Origin: Acidobacteriota bacterium
GTDB lineage: Bacteria; Acidobacteriota; Vicinamibacteria; Vicinamibacterales; JAENWD01
Assembly: GCA_046731935.1 (NCBI GenBank)
Contig: JBKPMA010000321.1
Location: forward strand, 1-14,532
Direction: 5' to 3'
DNA: 14,532 bases
Shown: one piece after another, positions 6,005 to 13,754 of the stretch
Numbering within the stretch: position 1 is the stretch's first letter
How the letters are laid out: every line of letters starts with the position of its first letter
The notes under the pieces: generated by a model
Seen by the model: only the letters and a program-made list of their open reading frames with translations
The model's database searches: none
Told to the model about the DNA's origin: nothing
Made by a program: the position numbers and the translations under genes

Positions 6005-6894
6005 TAATGAATCGTGACCCCGAGCCGCTGGACAAACTGCTCGACGTCCTGACGCAGCGACGCGAACGACGGAATGACGAAGAGCACATCCTGCATCCGC
6101 GACGGATCGTAGTCGGTCGCGATCACCTCGTTGATCGAGAACGGCCGCCGCTCGACATGCGACGACAGCGAGAACGGGATCTCGCCGACCGACGACAGAA
6201 TCCCCGCGCCGAAGATGCGCGTCTCTCCTGCTTCCTCGATGAGCCCGAACTCGACGGAGAACCAGCTCAGTCGCTTCAGGGCCAGCACGTGATCGCCGCT
6301 CGCGACGCTGACCGCCGCACGGCCGATCAGCGTCAGCAACTCCGCATAATCGTGGTTCATCAACGGCGGCACGTGCCCGAGACAATCGTGAATCATGTCC
6401 GGCTCGGGCGTGAACTCCGGCTTCGATCCATGCCGGATGAACTGCGTGACCGGGAACCCGCGCTCGGCGATGTAGGAGTAGAACGTCCGGTACGGAATGG
6501 GACCTTCGGCAGGCACGAGCGACATCCCCGACGCTCGCTGGAGATCGAGACTCAGATCGCGGAGCTGCGGAATGTGATCCTCACTGATACGGAGCGCCGC
6601 TTTCGCCTGCAGGTAGATCGCGCTGGCGTGCTGCGCATGGAGCGCACCGAGACGAGGCGTCACTTCCCGCCAGATGCGCTCTTCTTCATCGGTGTACAGG
6701 ATGACCGGCGGTCCGAGATGCTTCAGGCGATGCTCGCGGCAGACGCGGAAGAGGGCCTCGCGCCGTTCGACGTACGCGGCGTCGTTCAGGCCCGGGTGAC
6801 CCGGCTCGAGCTCGAGATGGTCCACGTCCGGCGGGTTCGCATAGATGTCATTTGGCGAGCCCGGCGTAGTGGCCTGCGGCTGGTCCATGGGCAT
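6004..6894 (-). CDS. phhA: Phenylalanine 4-monooxygenase (aromatic amino acid hydroxylase, non-heme iron, tetrahydropterin-dependent)
   Basis: 296 aa. The PEPDMIHDCLGHVPPL motif carries the two iron-ligand His of the HxxxxH signature of phenylalanine hydroxylases, and the downstream FSVEFGL region is also conserved. The length fits bacterial PhhA. GGAGAG Shine-Dalgarno 3-4 nt upstream of ATG 6894. Confidence 0.85.
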   Translation of the reverse strand: MPMDQPQATTPGSPNDIYANPPDVDHLELEPGHPGLNDAAYVERREALFRVCREHRLKHLGPPVILYTDEEERIWREVTPRLGALHAQHASAIYLQAKAALRISEDHIPQLRDLSLDLQRASGMSLVPAEGPIPYRTFYSYIAERGFPVTQFIRHGSKPEFTPEPDMIHDCLGHVPPLMNHDYAELLTLIGRAAVSVASGDHVLALKRLSWFSVEFGLIEEAGETRIFGAGILSSVGEIPFSLSSHVERRPFSINEVIATDYDPSRMQDVLFVIPSFASLRQDVEQFVQRLGVTIH

Positions 6895-6903
6895 GCTCTC
6901 CAG

Positions 6904-6945
6904 CGCGCGTCTGCATTACGGATGATGATGTTTTCAGAAGCGCGC
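6904..6945 (-). promoter_or_regulatory. Imperfect 11-bp stem with a 20-nt loop in the phhA 5' leader, ending 3 nt before the SD; a TATACT -10 hexamer at 6954-6959 (minus strand) would make it a 5'-terminal stem-loop
   Basis: The minus-strand RNA reads GCGCGCUUCUG ...20 nt... CAGACGCGCGC then GGAGAG then AUG. The stem has one mismatch. The -10 reads ttgcggTATACTttcatag on the minus strand. Confidence 0.25.
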
Positions 6946-6987
6946 ACTATGAAAGTATACCGCAACACACCGGAGAAGAGATGATGG

Positions 6988-7656
6988 TCATCCGCTGAAC
7001 GCATGACTCGCGGCAGCGCCATCCAGAAACGCTGCGAACCACGTCACCGCTTCACGATCCCCCGCGCGCAGGGCCGGCCCCAGCGGTGATCCGAGAATCG
7101 TGAGCGCTCCGCGGCCGACGCGGCGCCGCACCGCGACCGGGCGGCCCTCGATCGACGCGATCACCCGCCACCCTGCTCCGTCGAGGACAACCGCGCGGCT
7201 GTAATCGCGAACCCAGGCCGCGACCGGCCAGTCATAGCGCACGTAGGGCACACGGCCCCGGCCCTCGTGCCAGAGATGCACCACCTCGCGGACACCGACA
7301 TCAAACGCGTCGGCCAGCAGCGAGCGTTGGACACCGGCCTCGGTATCGTCCACGAACGCGAGGCCCACTTCGACGAGAACCGACTGACCGCTCCACGCGG
7401 CGTCGCGAAGCCGCCGCGAGGACGAGCGATCGATGATCGCCGCGGGGGCGACCACTGCCGCGGCACGGCCCGGCGTCATCGGTGTACGCGACGAGGCATG
7501 GCCGGACGACTGCAGATAGCCGGCCGCCGACTCCGACAGACCGCGCGCGCCACTGCCCAGCACCAGGCAGCCCTCTCGCCCGAGGCAGACGCCTCGTGTC
7601 AGCGCGAACGGCGACGCGCCAGTCACGGCGAGAAACGACCGGCGCGTCAGTTTCAC
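6988..7656 (-). CDS. Tat-signal (twin-arginine) secreted hypothetical protein
   Basis: N-terminus MKLTRRSFLAVTGASPFAL, with the Tat motif T-R-R-x-F-L-A followed by a hydrophobic core. GTG start at 7656, 1 nt after the TGA of the upstream TIM-barrel gene, with a GGGAG Shine-Dalgarno about 10 nt upstream. No recognisable catalytic domain. Confidence 0.5.
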   Translation of the reverse strand: MKLTRRSFLAVTGASPFALTRGVCLGREGCLVLGSGARGLSESAAGYLQSSGHASSRTPMTPGRAAAVVAPAAIIDRSSSRRLRDAAWSGQSVLVEVGLAFVDDTEAGVQRSLLADAFDVGVREVVHLWHEGRGRVPYVRYDWPVAAWVRDYSRAVVLDGAGWRVIASIEGRPVAVRRRVGRGALTILGSPLGPALRAGDREAVTWFAAFLDGAAASHAFSG

Positions 7657-7657
7657 G

Positions 7658-8590
7658 TCAGAAGCTCCCGCTGATCACACGATCCATCGCCGCCGCGGTG
7701 TCGAAGAACTGCTGGTCCGGCGCGTGGCGGTACCTGGATTCCATCTCGGCGATGAGCCAGCCGTCATAGCCCACTTTCTTGAACGCGTCGTGAATGGCCG
7801 GCCAGTTGTTGTCGCCGAGAAAGAGATTCGTGTACACGCTTTCGTTCCCGCATCGCCCCCGGTGGCGAAGGACATCCTTCACGTGGACGCGCGTGATCCT
7901 GGCGCCGTGCATTTCAATCCACTGTTCGGGAAACCCGGTGTCGTGAATGTTGCCGACATCGAGGTGCAACCCCACATGCGGGCTCCCGACGTCGTCCAGA
8001 AACAGGCCGAATTCGCGGGGAGACATGAGAAAGCGCTGCTCCGAACAACAGTTCTCACAGCCGATGCGGACCTTTGCGCGCCCGGCCTGCTCGGCGAGCC
8101 GCTGCACACCCTCGACCGTGCGCGGGTAGACCTCGCTGTAGGGCACTTCGGCGGTGACGAGTCCGGCCACCATGAGGATGGCATCGGTCTCGAGCATCGG
8201 AGCAATCGCGATCTGCCGTTCGAGGTTCTGGAATGCCTGATCGCGAATCTTCGGGTCCCTCGACGAGATCGGGAAATCCCAATCGAAGGTGTTCGAGACA
8301 TTCGACACGACGAGGCCGGCGTTTTTGACACGTCTCAACAGGTCCGCGACCTGCTGGTCAGTCGTCGTTGGCTGCAGCCACGGGTTCGCGCCCAGCCACA
8401 ACTCGATACCGTCGAAGCCCGCCTTCTTCACGAGCGCCAGCCCGCGATCGAGGCCCCACCCGTGCGGGATCATGTTGTCGCCGATCGACTTCTTCACGTG
8501 CGACACCTCCACCAGACGACGATCGGCGCCCTCGAACGCCGCGCGGCCATTATCGAGCGCGCCCGGCACGGCTCCTACTAGAATGTGCAT
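7658..8590 (-). CDS. Sugar phosphate isomerase/epimerase (xylose isomerase-like TIM barrel) family protein
   Basis: 310 aa. The motifs GFDGIELW, GCENC, HLDVGN and HVKD are spaced as in the AP-endonuclease-2/xylose-isomerase-like TIM barrel, which has conserved metal-binding E/D/H residues. Confidence 0.75.
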   Translation of the reverse strand: MHILVGAVPGALDNGRAAFEGADRRLVEVSHVKKSIGDNMIPHGWGLDRGLALVKKAGFDGIELWLGANPWLQPTTTDQQVADLLRRVKNAGLVVSNVSNTFDWDFPISSRDPKIRDQAFQNLERQIAIAPMLETDAILMVAGLVTAEVPYSEVYPRTVEGVQRLAEQAGRAKVRIGCENCCSEQRFLMSPREFGLFLDDVGSPHVGLHLDVGNIHDTGFPEQWIEMHGARITRVHVKDVLRHRGRCGNESVYTNLFLGDNNWPAIHDAFKKVGYDGWLIAEMESRYRHAPDQQFFDTAAAMDRVISGSF

Positions 8591-8594
8591 GGCT

Positions 8595-8614
8595 GGCTCG
8601 ACCGGAGTCGAGCC
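8595..8614. promoter_or_regulatory. Perfect 8-bp-arm palindrome GGCTCGAC-cgga-GTCGAGCC centred in the 44-bp divergent intergenic gap between the TIM-barrel gene and the flotillin gene
   Basis: Seen directly in the sequence. It lies 8 nt upstream of the AAGGAG Shine-Dalgarno of the flotillin gene. Likely an operator or a leader hairpin. Confidence 0.4.
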
Positions 8615-8634
8615 GCCTACGAAAGGAGCGGGTC

Positions 8635-10689
8635 ATGCCCGCGCTCTCGACGATCCTGTGGGCCATTGGTGCCCTCTTCCTCCTCACTGTCCTCGGCCTC
8701 ACGTTCCGCTACATCCCGAACGATCGTGTCGGCATCGTTGAAAAGCTGTGGAGTCCCTCGGGCTCTTTGAAGAGCGGCCTCATCGCCCTGAACGGCGAAG
8801 CCGGTTTCCAGCCGGAGTTGCTGCGTGGTGGATGGCACGTGCTGATGCCGTTCCAGTACCGCATCCATAAAGTGACGCTCGTGACGATCCCGCAGGGCAA
8901 GATCGGGTACGTCTTCGCGCGCGATGGACACCCGTTGCCGCCAACGCAGGCGCTCGCCAGCAACATTGCCGCGAGCGATTTTCAGGACGTCACGAGTTTT
9001 CTGAAGAGCGGCGGCCAGCGCGGCCCTCAGCGGAAGATCCTGCGTGAAGGCACGTACGCGCTGAACACGGCACAATTCGTCATCATCACGAGTGCGCGTG
9101 TGTATTTCCTCGCACTCGAAGCCGCCGAGAACGACACCTTCAAACGCATGGCCGAGGTGATTGGCGAGCGTTCCGGGTTCGAGCCAGTGGTGATCAAGGG
9201 CAGCGACGACGTGATTGGCGTCGTGACGGTGCACGACGGCCCATCGCTCCCGGAAGGCCAGATCATCGCGCCGACGGTCGGCGATGACGCCGCGTCGGCG
9301 AGCACGTATCACAACAACTTCCAGGATCCTGAGAAGTTCCTCCAGGCAGGCGGCCTCCGCGGCCGCCAGCTGCAGACGCTGGTCGAGGGCACGTACTACA
9401 TCAACCGGTTGTTCGCGACCGTCGAAATGATCCCGAAGACCGTCGTCGAGGTCGGCAACGTCGGCGTCGTGGTTTCCTACACCGGCGAGACCGGGATCGA
9501 CCTGACGGGTGAGCAGTACAAACACGGCGAGCTCGTGAAGCGAAACACGCGTGGCGTCTGGAACGAGCCGCTGCTGCCTGGCAAGTACGCCTTCAACACG
9601 TACGCCGGCAAGGTCCTCATTGTCCCGACGACCAACTTCATCCTGAAGTGGAACAAGTCCGAATCGGGATCGCACAAGTTCGACGAGAACCTCACCGAAG
9701 TGTCGCTCATCACGAAGGATGCGTTCGAACCCTCGCTGCCACTCTCGGTCGTGGTCCACATCGACTACCGGAAGGCGCCGCTCGTCGTCCAGCGGTTTGG
9801 TGACATCAAGCGGCTCGTCGAGCAGACGCTCGATCCGATGGTCTCGGCATACTTCAAGAACATCGGACAGACGCGCACGCTCATTCAGTTGATTCAAGAG
9901 CGGAGCGCCATCCAGCAGATCTCCGGCGAACAGATGAAAGAAAAGTTCGCGCAGTACAACCTGGAGCTGCAGGAGGTGCTGATTGGCACGCCGACCTCCG
10001 GCGTGGCCGGCAGCCAGATCGAGACGATTCTGACGCAGCTGCGCTCCCGCCAGATTGCCGAAGAACAGGTCGAAACCTACACACGCCAGGAGCGGGCTGC
10101 GACGAAAGAGAAGGAGCTGCGCGAGGCCGAGTCTCGCGCCAAACAGCAGACGCTCATTACCGAATCGGAGCTGTCGATCAACATTCAGTCGAACCAGGGC
10201 AAGGCCGAGTACGAACGCTCCAGACAGGAGGCGTCACGTATCCAGACACTCGCCACCGCCGAAGCTGAACGGATCCGAATCCTCGGCGAGGGCGAGGCAA
10301 AGAAGATTCAGGCGATCGCCGGCGCAGAGGCGGAGCGGACGGCACGGGTCGGCATCGCGCAGGCCATGGCCATCGAGGAGCAGGTGCGCGCGTACGGCGG
10401 ACCACGCCTGCAGCTCACGCAGCACGTGCTGACCCGATTCGCGGAAGCCATCCAGGCCTCACAGGTGGACGTCGTGCCGAAGATTCTCATTGCGAGCCAG
10501 AACGGGAGCGGCGATGGCTCCCCGATGACGGGCAACGTGATGGAAGCGCTGCTGACGCTGATGCTGTCGGACCGTCTCGGCGCAGATGTCAACGCCCAGT
10601 CCACGCCCAGAAATCCAGCAGCGGATGCCCTGCGCAAGCGGATTCAGGACGATCTTGCACGGCCCGGATCGGGCGGACAAACGGCATGA
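8635..10689 (+). CDS. Flotillin-family / SPFH (band 7) domain membrane protein with a long C-terminal EA-rich coiled coil
   Basis: 684 aa. There is an N-terminal TM anchor (ILWAIGALFLLTVLGLTF), an extended SPFH-like region with an internal duplication (RKILREGTYALNT... and QLQTLVEGTYYINRL...), then a Glu/Ala-rich heptad region (AEAERIRILGEGEAKKIQAIAGAEAERTARVGIAQAMAIEEQ) typical of flotillins. The start at ATG 8635 has a perfect AAGGAG Shine-Dalgarno 6 nt upstream. The longer track ORF from 8368 would overlap the divergent gene. Confidence 0.8.
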   Translation: MPALSTILWAIGALFLLTVLGLTFRYIPNDRVGIVEKLWSPSGSLKSGLIALNGEAGFQPELLRGGWHVLMPFQYRIHKVTLVTIPQGKIGYVFARDGHPLPPTQALASNIAASDFQDVTSFLKSGGQRGPQRKILREGTYALNTAQFVIITSARVYFLALEAAENDTFKRMAEVIGERSGFEPVVIKGSDDVIGVVTVHDGPSLPEGQIIAPTVGDDAASASTYHNNFQDPEKFLQAGGLRGRQLQTLVEGTYYINRLFATVEMIPKTVVEVGNVGVVVSYTGETGIDLTGEQYKHGELVKRNTRGVWNEPLLPGKYAFNTYAGKVLIVPTTNFILKWNKSESGSHKFDENLTEVSLITKDAFEPSLPLSVVVHIDYRKAPLVVQRFGDIKRLVEQTLDPMVSAYFKNIGQTRTLIQLIQERSAIQQISGEQMKEKFAQYNLELQEVLIGTPTSGVAGSQIETILTQLRSRQIAEEQVETYTRQERAATKEKELREAESRAKQQTLITESELSINIQSNQGKAEYERSRQEASRIQTLATAEAERIRILGEGEAKKIQAIAGAEAERTARVGIAQAMAIEEQVRAYGGPRLQLTQHVLTRFAEAIQASQVDVVPKILIASQNGSGDGSPMTGNVMEALLTLMLSDRLGADVNAQSTPRNPAADALRKRIQDDLARPGSGGQTA

Positions 10690-10770
10690 CGAGTGCGGAT
10701 TGGCGATTGACGAATAGTTTGCGCGACGCTGTCGGGGCTATTCGTCATTCGTCATCCGTCATTCGTCAAT
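10687..10770. repeat. Intergenic heptamer-repeat element at a convergent gene junction: TGACGAG/TGACGAA copies, an inverted repeat (TTGACGAATAG ... CTATTCGTCA), then 4 tandem TTCGTCA-type heptamers (10741-10768)
   Basis: The first heptamer overlaps the flotillin TGA stop (caTGAcgag). The sequence attgacgaatag (10705-10717) pairs with ctattcgtca (10739-10748) and/or attcgtcaat (10761-10770). A related element occurs at 13752-13798 in the opposite orientation. Possible bidirectional terminator or REP-like element. Confidence 0.6.
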
Positions 10771-10786
10771 GCACGATCGCTCCGCC

Positions 10787-11638
10787 TTACCCAAACTCCG
10801 GCCCTGCCGCCGCGAACACCTGCGCCTGAAGACCGGCGTCGTCGATTGTCCCCCGCGTCATGCGTGTGAACGGACGCTCGAGGGCGAAGCCGCGCTCGCG
10901 TATCCATGCGGCAAAGGCGTGCTGATCGTCTGGCACGTCGATGCTCGACGGACGATTGGTGATCCTGCTGAGGCTGGCTGCCGCGAGTGCAATGGCCGCG
11001 TCTGTATCGGCGGCGACGATGGGACCGATGTGATCGGTGTCGTGGCCGTGACGGCCCAACGCGAAGCCCACGATGCCGGTCGGCGCCCGCACGATCCACG
11101 CGAGCTCTGGCGCGCTGCGCCAGCAGAATTCGAGCGTCGCGCGGCGATCCGCTCCGAACACGCGCCGATCGACTTGCAGGATCTCATCCCACCACTCTGG
11201 ACGAAGCAGTTCCACCGGCCGACTGACGTCGACCGACGTTGGCGTCAGACGCCGGTAGCGCGCCAGTCCGAAATCGTCACGAAAACCCATCGTGCTGTAC
11301 AGCAGACGGCCGGCCGGGGTCGCATCGAGCCTGAGTGCCTGCCCCTCGCCGGCAAGACCAATCGCGTGATCCAGCAGCGCGCGTCCGACGCCTCGACCGC
11401 GCTCCGCGGGATCGACCAGAACCATGGCGACCCACGCCACGTGCCGGCCGTACGGCCACAAGAGCGCCGTGCCGATCGTCCTGCCGTCCCGCTCTGCTGC
11501 AACGGTCTGCCCGGGGGCCCGCTCCAGAAACAATCGCCACTCCGCCTCGGTCTGATTCCACCCGGCCGCCCGGCAGAGCGCGACAGCTGCGGGAAGATCC
11601 GAAAGCTGCATCGGGCGAAGTGCCACGGCGCCTGACAT
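10787..11638 (-). CDS. GNAT family N-acetyltransferase (N-terminal GNAT domain plus C-terminal extension)
   Basis: GNAT motif A: VLVDPAERGRGVGRALLDHAI. I place the start at ATG 11638 (MSGAVALRPMQLSDLP..., a typical GNAT N-terminus). The track start at 11851 would overlap the divergent epimerase gene. The start remains uncertain, since only 16 bp separate it from the divergent start. Confidence 0.65.
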   Translation of the reverse strand: MSGAVALRPMQLSDLPAAVALCRAAGWNQTEAEWRLFLERAPGQTVAAERDGRTIGTALLWPYGRHVAWVAMVLVDPAERGRGVGRALLDHAIGLAGEGQALRLDATPAGRLLYSTMGFRDDFGLARYRRLTPTSVDVSRPVELLRPEWWDEILQVDRRVFGADRRATLEFCWRSAPELAWIVRAPTGIVGFALGRHGHDTDHIGPIVAADTDAAIALAAASLSRITNRPSSIDVPDDQHAFAAWIRERGFALERPFTRMTRGTIDDAGLQAQVFAAAGPEFG

Positions 11639-11654
11639 CCGACTATGATGCCTT

Positions 11655-12689
11655 GTGCCTTCGCTTGACACCATCACAGATGTCGAGACGCTCGACAGCC
11701 TCCTGAGCGATCCCTCGGACGAAGCCATCGCGGCACTCTCGAAGTTGCCCGGCGACATCGTGGTACTCGGGGTCGCCGGCAAGATGGGCCCTACCCTGGC
11801 GCGGATGGCACGCCGCGCGGCCGATCTTGCCGGTTCACCACGGCGCGTCATCGGCGTCGCGCGCTTCTCAGAGCCGGCGCTCGAAGGGTGGCTGCAAGCT
11901 CAGCGCATCGAAACGATTCGCTGCGACCTGCTCGACGATCGGACCGTCGCGCGGCTCCCCGACTCGCCGCTCGTCATCTACATGGCGGGTCGGAAGTTCG
12001 GATCGAGCGGGCAGGAGCCGCTGACGTGGGCGATGAACGCGGCGCTGCCGGTCGCAATCGCCCGCCGGTACGCGGGGAGCCGGATTGCCGCGTTCTCGAC
12101 CGGTAACGTGTACGGCCTGACGCCGGTCAGGAACGGCGGCTCTCGCGAGACGGATCCACTGCGCCCTGTGGGTGAGTACGCCATGAGCTGCCTGGCGCGT
12201 GAGCGGCTCTTCGAGCATTTCAGCGTGGCACAGGGCACGAAGACCGTGCTGCTGCGGCTGAACTATGCGACCGAGATGCGCTACGGCCTCCTCGTCGATC
12301 TCGCAAGGAAGCTCGCGAGCGGCATCCCGATCGATCTCACCATGGGGCACATGAACGTGATCTGGCAGGGCGACGCGAATGCGATGGCCCTTGCATCGCT
12401 CGCGCACGCCGCATCGCCGGCGGCCATCCTGAACCTCGCCGGACCAGGCCCTCTCGCGGTTCGCGACGTCTGCGAATCGCTGGCCGCTCGCATGGGCGTG
12501 ACGGTACGCTTCACAGGCGAAGAAGCGGCGGACGCGCTGTTGAGCGACGGTTCAGCAGGGTGGGCCGCGCTCGGCCGTCCTCGCGTCGAGCTCGATCAGA
12601 TGATCGCCTGGACCGCCGACTGGGTCACGCGCGGCGGCCCCTTCCTCGACAAGCCCACGCACTTCGAGTCGCGCGACGGACGATTCTGA
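11655..12689 (+). CDS. NAD(P)-binding Rossmann-fold epimerase/dehydratase-family protein
   Basis: Gly-rich dinucleotide loop VVLGVAGKMGPTLARM (GxxGxxG) near the N-terminus. The overall length and pattern fit NAD-dependent epimerase/dehydratase-like proteins, but a classical YxxxK motif is not obvious. GTG start at 11655; the alternative GTG near 11758 would start at the Rossmann beta1 strand. The stop TGA abuts the ATG of the next gene. Confidence 0.65.
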   Translation: MPSLDTITDVETLDSLLSDPSDEAIAALSKLPGDIVVLGVAGKMGPTLARMARRAADLAGSPRRVIGVARFSEPALEGWLQAQRIETIRCDLLDDRTVARLPDSPLVIYMAGRKFGSSGQEPLTWAMNAALPVAIARRYAGSRIAAFSTGNVYGLTPVRNGGSRETDPLRPVGEYAMSCLARERLFEHFSVAQGTKTVLLRLNYATEMRYGLLVDLARKLASGIPIDLTMGHMNVIWQGDANAMALASLAHAASPAAILNLAGPGPLAVRDVCESLAARMGVTVRFTGEEAADALLSDGSAGWAALGRPRVELDQMIAWTADWVTRGGPFLDKPTHFESRDGRF

Positions 12690-13754
12690 ATGAGCACCAT
12701 TCCACCGGGAGTCATGTCGGCCCTTCGTCACGGCCTCGTCATTCCTGCGCACCCGCTGGCACTGACGGATGCCGGCACACTCGACGAGCGCCGTCAACGC
12801 GCCCTGACCCGGTATTACGGCGCTGCGGGAGCCGGCGGACTGGCCGTCGGAGTCCATACGACGCAGTTCGCCATCAGAGATCCCCGTGTCGGACTCTTCG
12901 AGCCCGTGCTCACACTGGCAGCGGAAGAAATGGATGGCACCGACAACCGGCGCAACACGCCGCTCGTGAGAATCGGTGGCATCTGCGGCGACACCACGCA
13001 GGCCGTCGCGGAAACGGAGCTGTTGGGGCGCCTCGGCTACCACGCAGGGCTCCTCAGCCTCGCGGCTCTCGCCACAGCGACCGAAGACGCTCTTCTCGCG
13101 CACTGCACGACCGTGTCCGAGCTGCTCCCGATCGTTGGTTTCTATCTGCAGCCGTCGGTAGGCGGGCGGCCTTTGAGCTATGGCTTCTGGCGCCGCTTCG
13201 CCGAGCTTCCCAACGTCGTGGCGATCAAAATCGCGCCGTTCAACCGCTACCAAACGATTGACGTCGTGCGTGCTGTTGTAGACGCAGGACGAGACGACGT
13301 CGTTTTGTACACGGGCAACGACGATCACATCGTCGGCGATCTGGTGACGCGCTTCCGGTTCTCCACACCGCAGGGTCCCGTCGAGCGGCGAATCGTCGGC
13401 GGCCTGCTGGGGCACTGGGCGGTGTGGACCAGGCGAGCCGTCCAGCTGCTGGAGCGTTGCCAGCAGGCGTCCAAGCTTCAGGGTGTGCCAGCGGATCTGC
13501 TCTCCGCGGGCATCGAAGTGACCGATTCGAACGCCGCGTTTTTCGACGCGGCCAACGGCTTTGCCGGTTGCATTGCCGGACTACACGAAGTGCTGCGGCG
13601 CCAGGGCCTGCTCGAGACTGTTCGCTGTCTGGACCCGCACGAGGGGCTGAGTCCCGGTCAGCGTGAAGCAATCGATCGCGTGTACGAGCAGTACCCGCAT
13701 CTGAACGACGATGCATTCGTCGAGGAGCACAGAGACGAGTGGCTGAAGCCCTGA
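12690..13754 (+). CDS. Dihydrodipicolinate synthase / N-acetylneuraminate lyase superfamily (class I aldolase) protein, long form
   Basis: Aligns motif-by-motif with DapA: GVHTTQFA versus GTTGE; GFYLQPS versus PYYNRPS (Tyr); and VVAIKIAPFN versus IIGIKEATGN, which carries the Schiff-base Lys. At 354 aa it is longer than canonical DapA. TGA/ATG junction with the upstream epimerase-like gene. Confidence 0.75.
   Translation: MSTIPPGVMSALRHGLVIPAHPLALTDAGTLDERRQRALTRYYGAAGAGGLAVGVHTTQFAIRDPRVGLFEPVLTLAAEEMDGTDNRRNTPLVRIGGICGDTTQAVAETELLGRLGYHAGLLSLAALATATEDALLAHCTTVSELLPIVGFYLQPSVGGRPLSYGFWRRFAELPNVVAIKIAPFNRYQTIDVVRAVVDAGRDDVVLYTGNDDHIVGDLVTRFRFSTPQGPVERRIVGGLLGHWAVWTRRAVQLLERCQQASKLQGVPADLLSAGIEVTDSNAAFFDAANGFAGCIAGLHEVLRRQGLLETVRCLDPHEGLSPGQREAIDRVYEQYPHLNDDAFVEEHRDEWLKP

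Noticed and set aside
5959-6984. 341-aa plus-strand ORF opposite phhA, and the 5813..6385 / 5862..6089 minus ORFs
   Set aside because: They are antisense or out of frame to phenylalanine hydroxylase, which has diagnostic iron-binding motifs. There is no independent support.
7724-8581. 285-aa plus-strand ORF and the 7879..8331 minus ORF inside the TIM-barrel gene
   Set aside because: They are antisense or out of frame to the xylose-isomerase-like TIM-barrel gene, with no motifs.
8368-8634. Upstream extension of the flotillin ORF (track start 8368)
   Set aside because: It would overlap the divergent TIM-barrel gene by more than 200 nt. The ATG at 8635 has a perfect AAGGAG SD and begins exactly at the TM anchor.
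8617-9897. 426-aa minus-strand ORF within the flotillin gene
   Set aside because: It is antisense to the flotillin gene, which has a clear SPFH and EA-coiled-coil organisation. The translation is Asp/Arg/Leu-rich off-frame noise.
10752-11635. ORFs 10769..11635 (+) and 10752..11099 (-) overlapping the GNAT gene
   Set aside because: They are opposite or out of frame to the GNAT gene, which has a canonical acetyl-CoA binding motif. The Arg-rich translations are off-frame.
12552-13716. Minus-strand ORFs 12552..13415 and 13240..13716 and the plus ORF 12560..13261 inside the DHDPS-like gene
   Set aside because: They are antisense or out of frame to a gene whose product aligns motif-by-motif with DapA/NanA-family aldolases, including the Schiff-base lysine.
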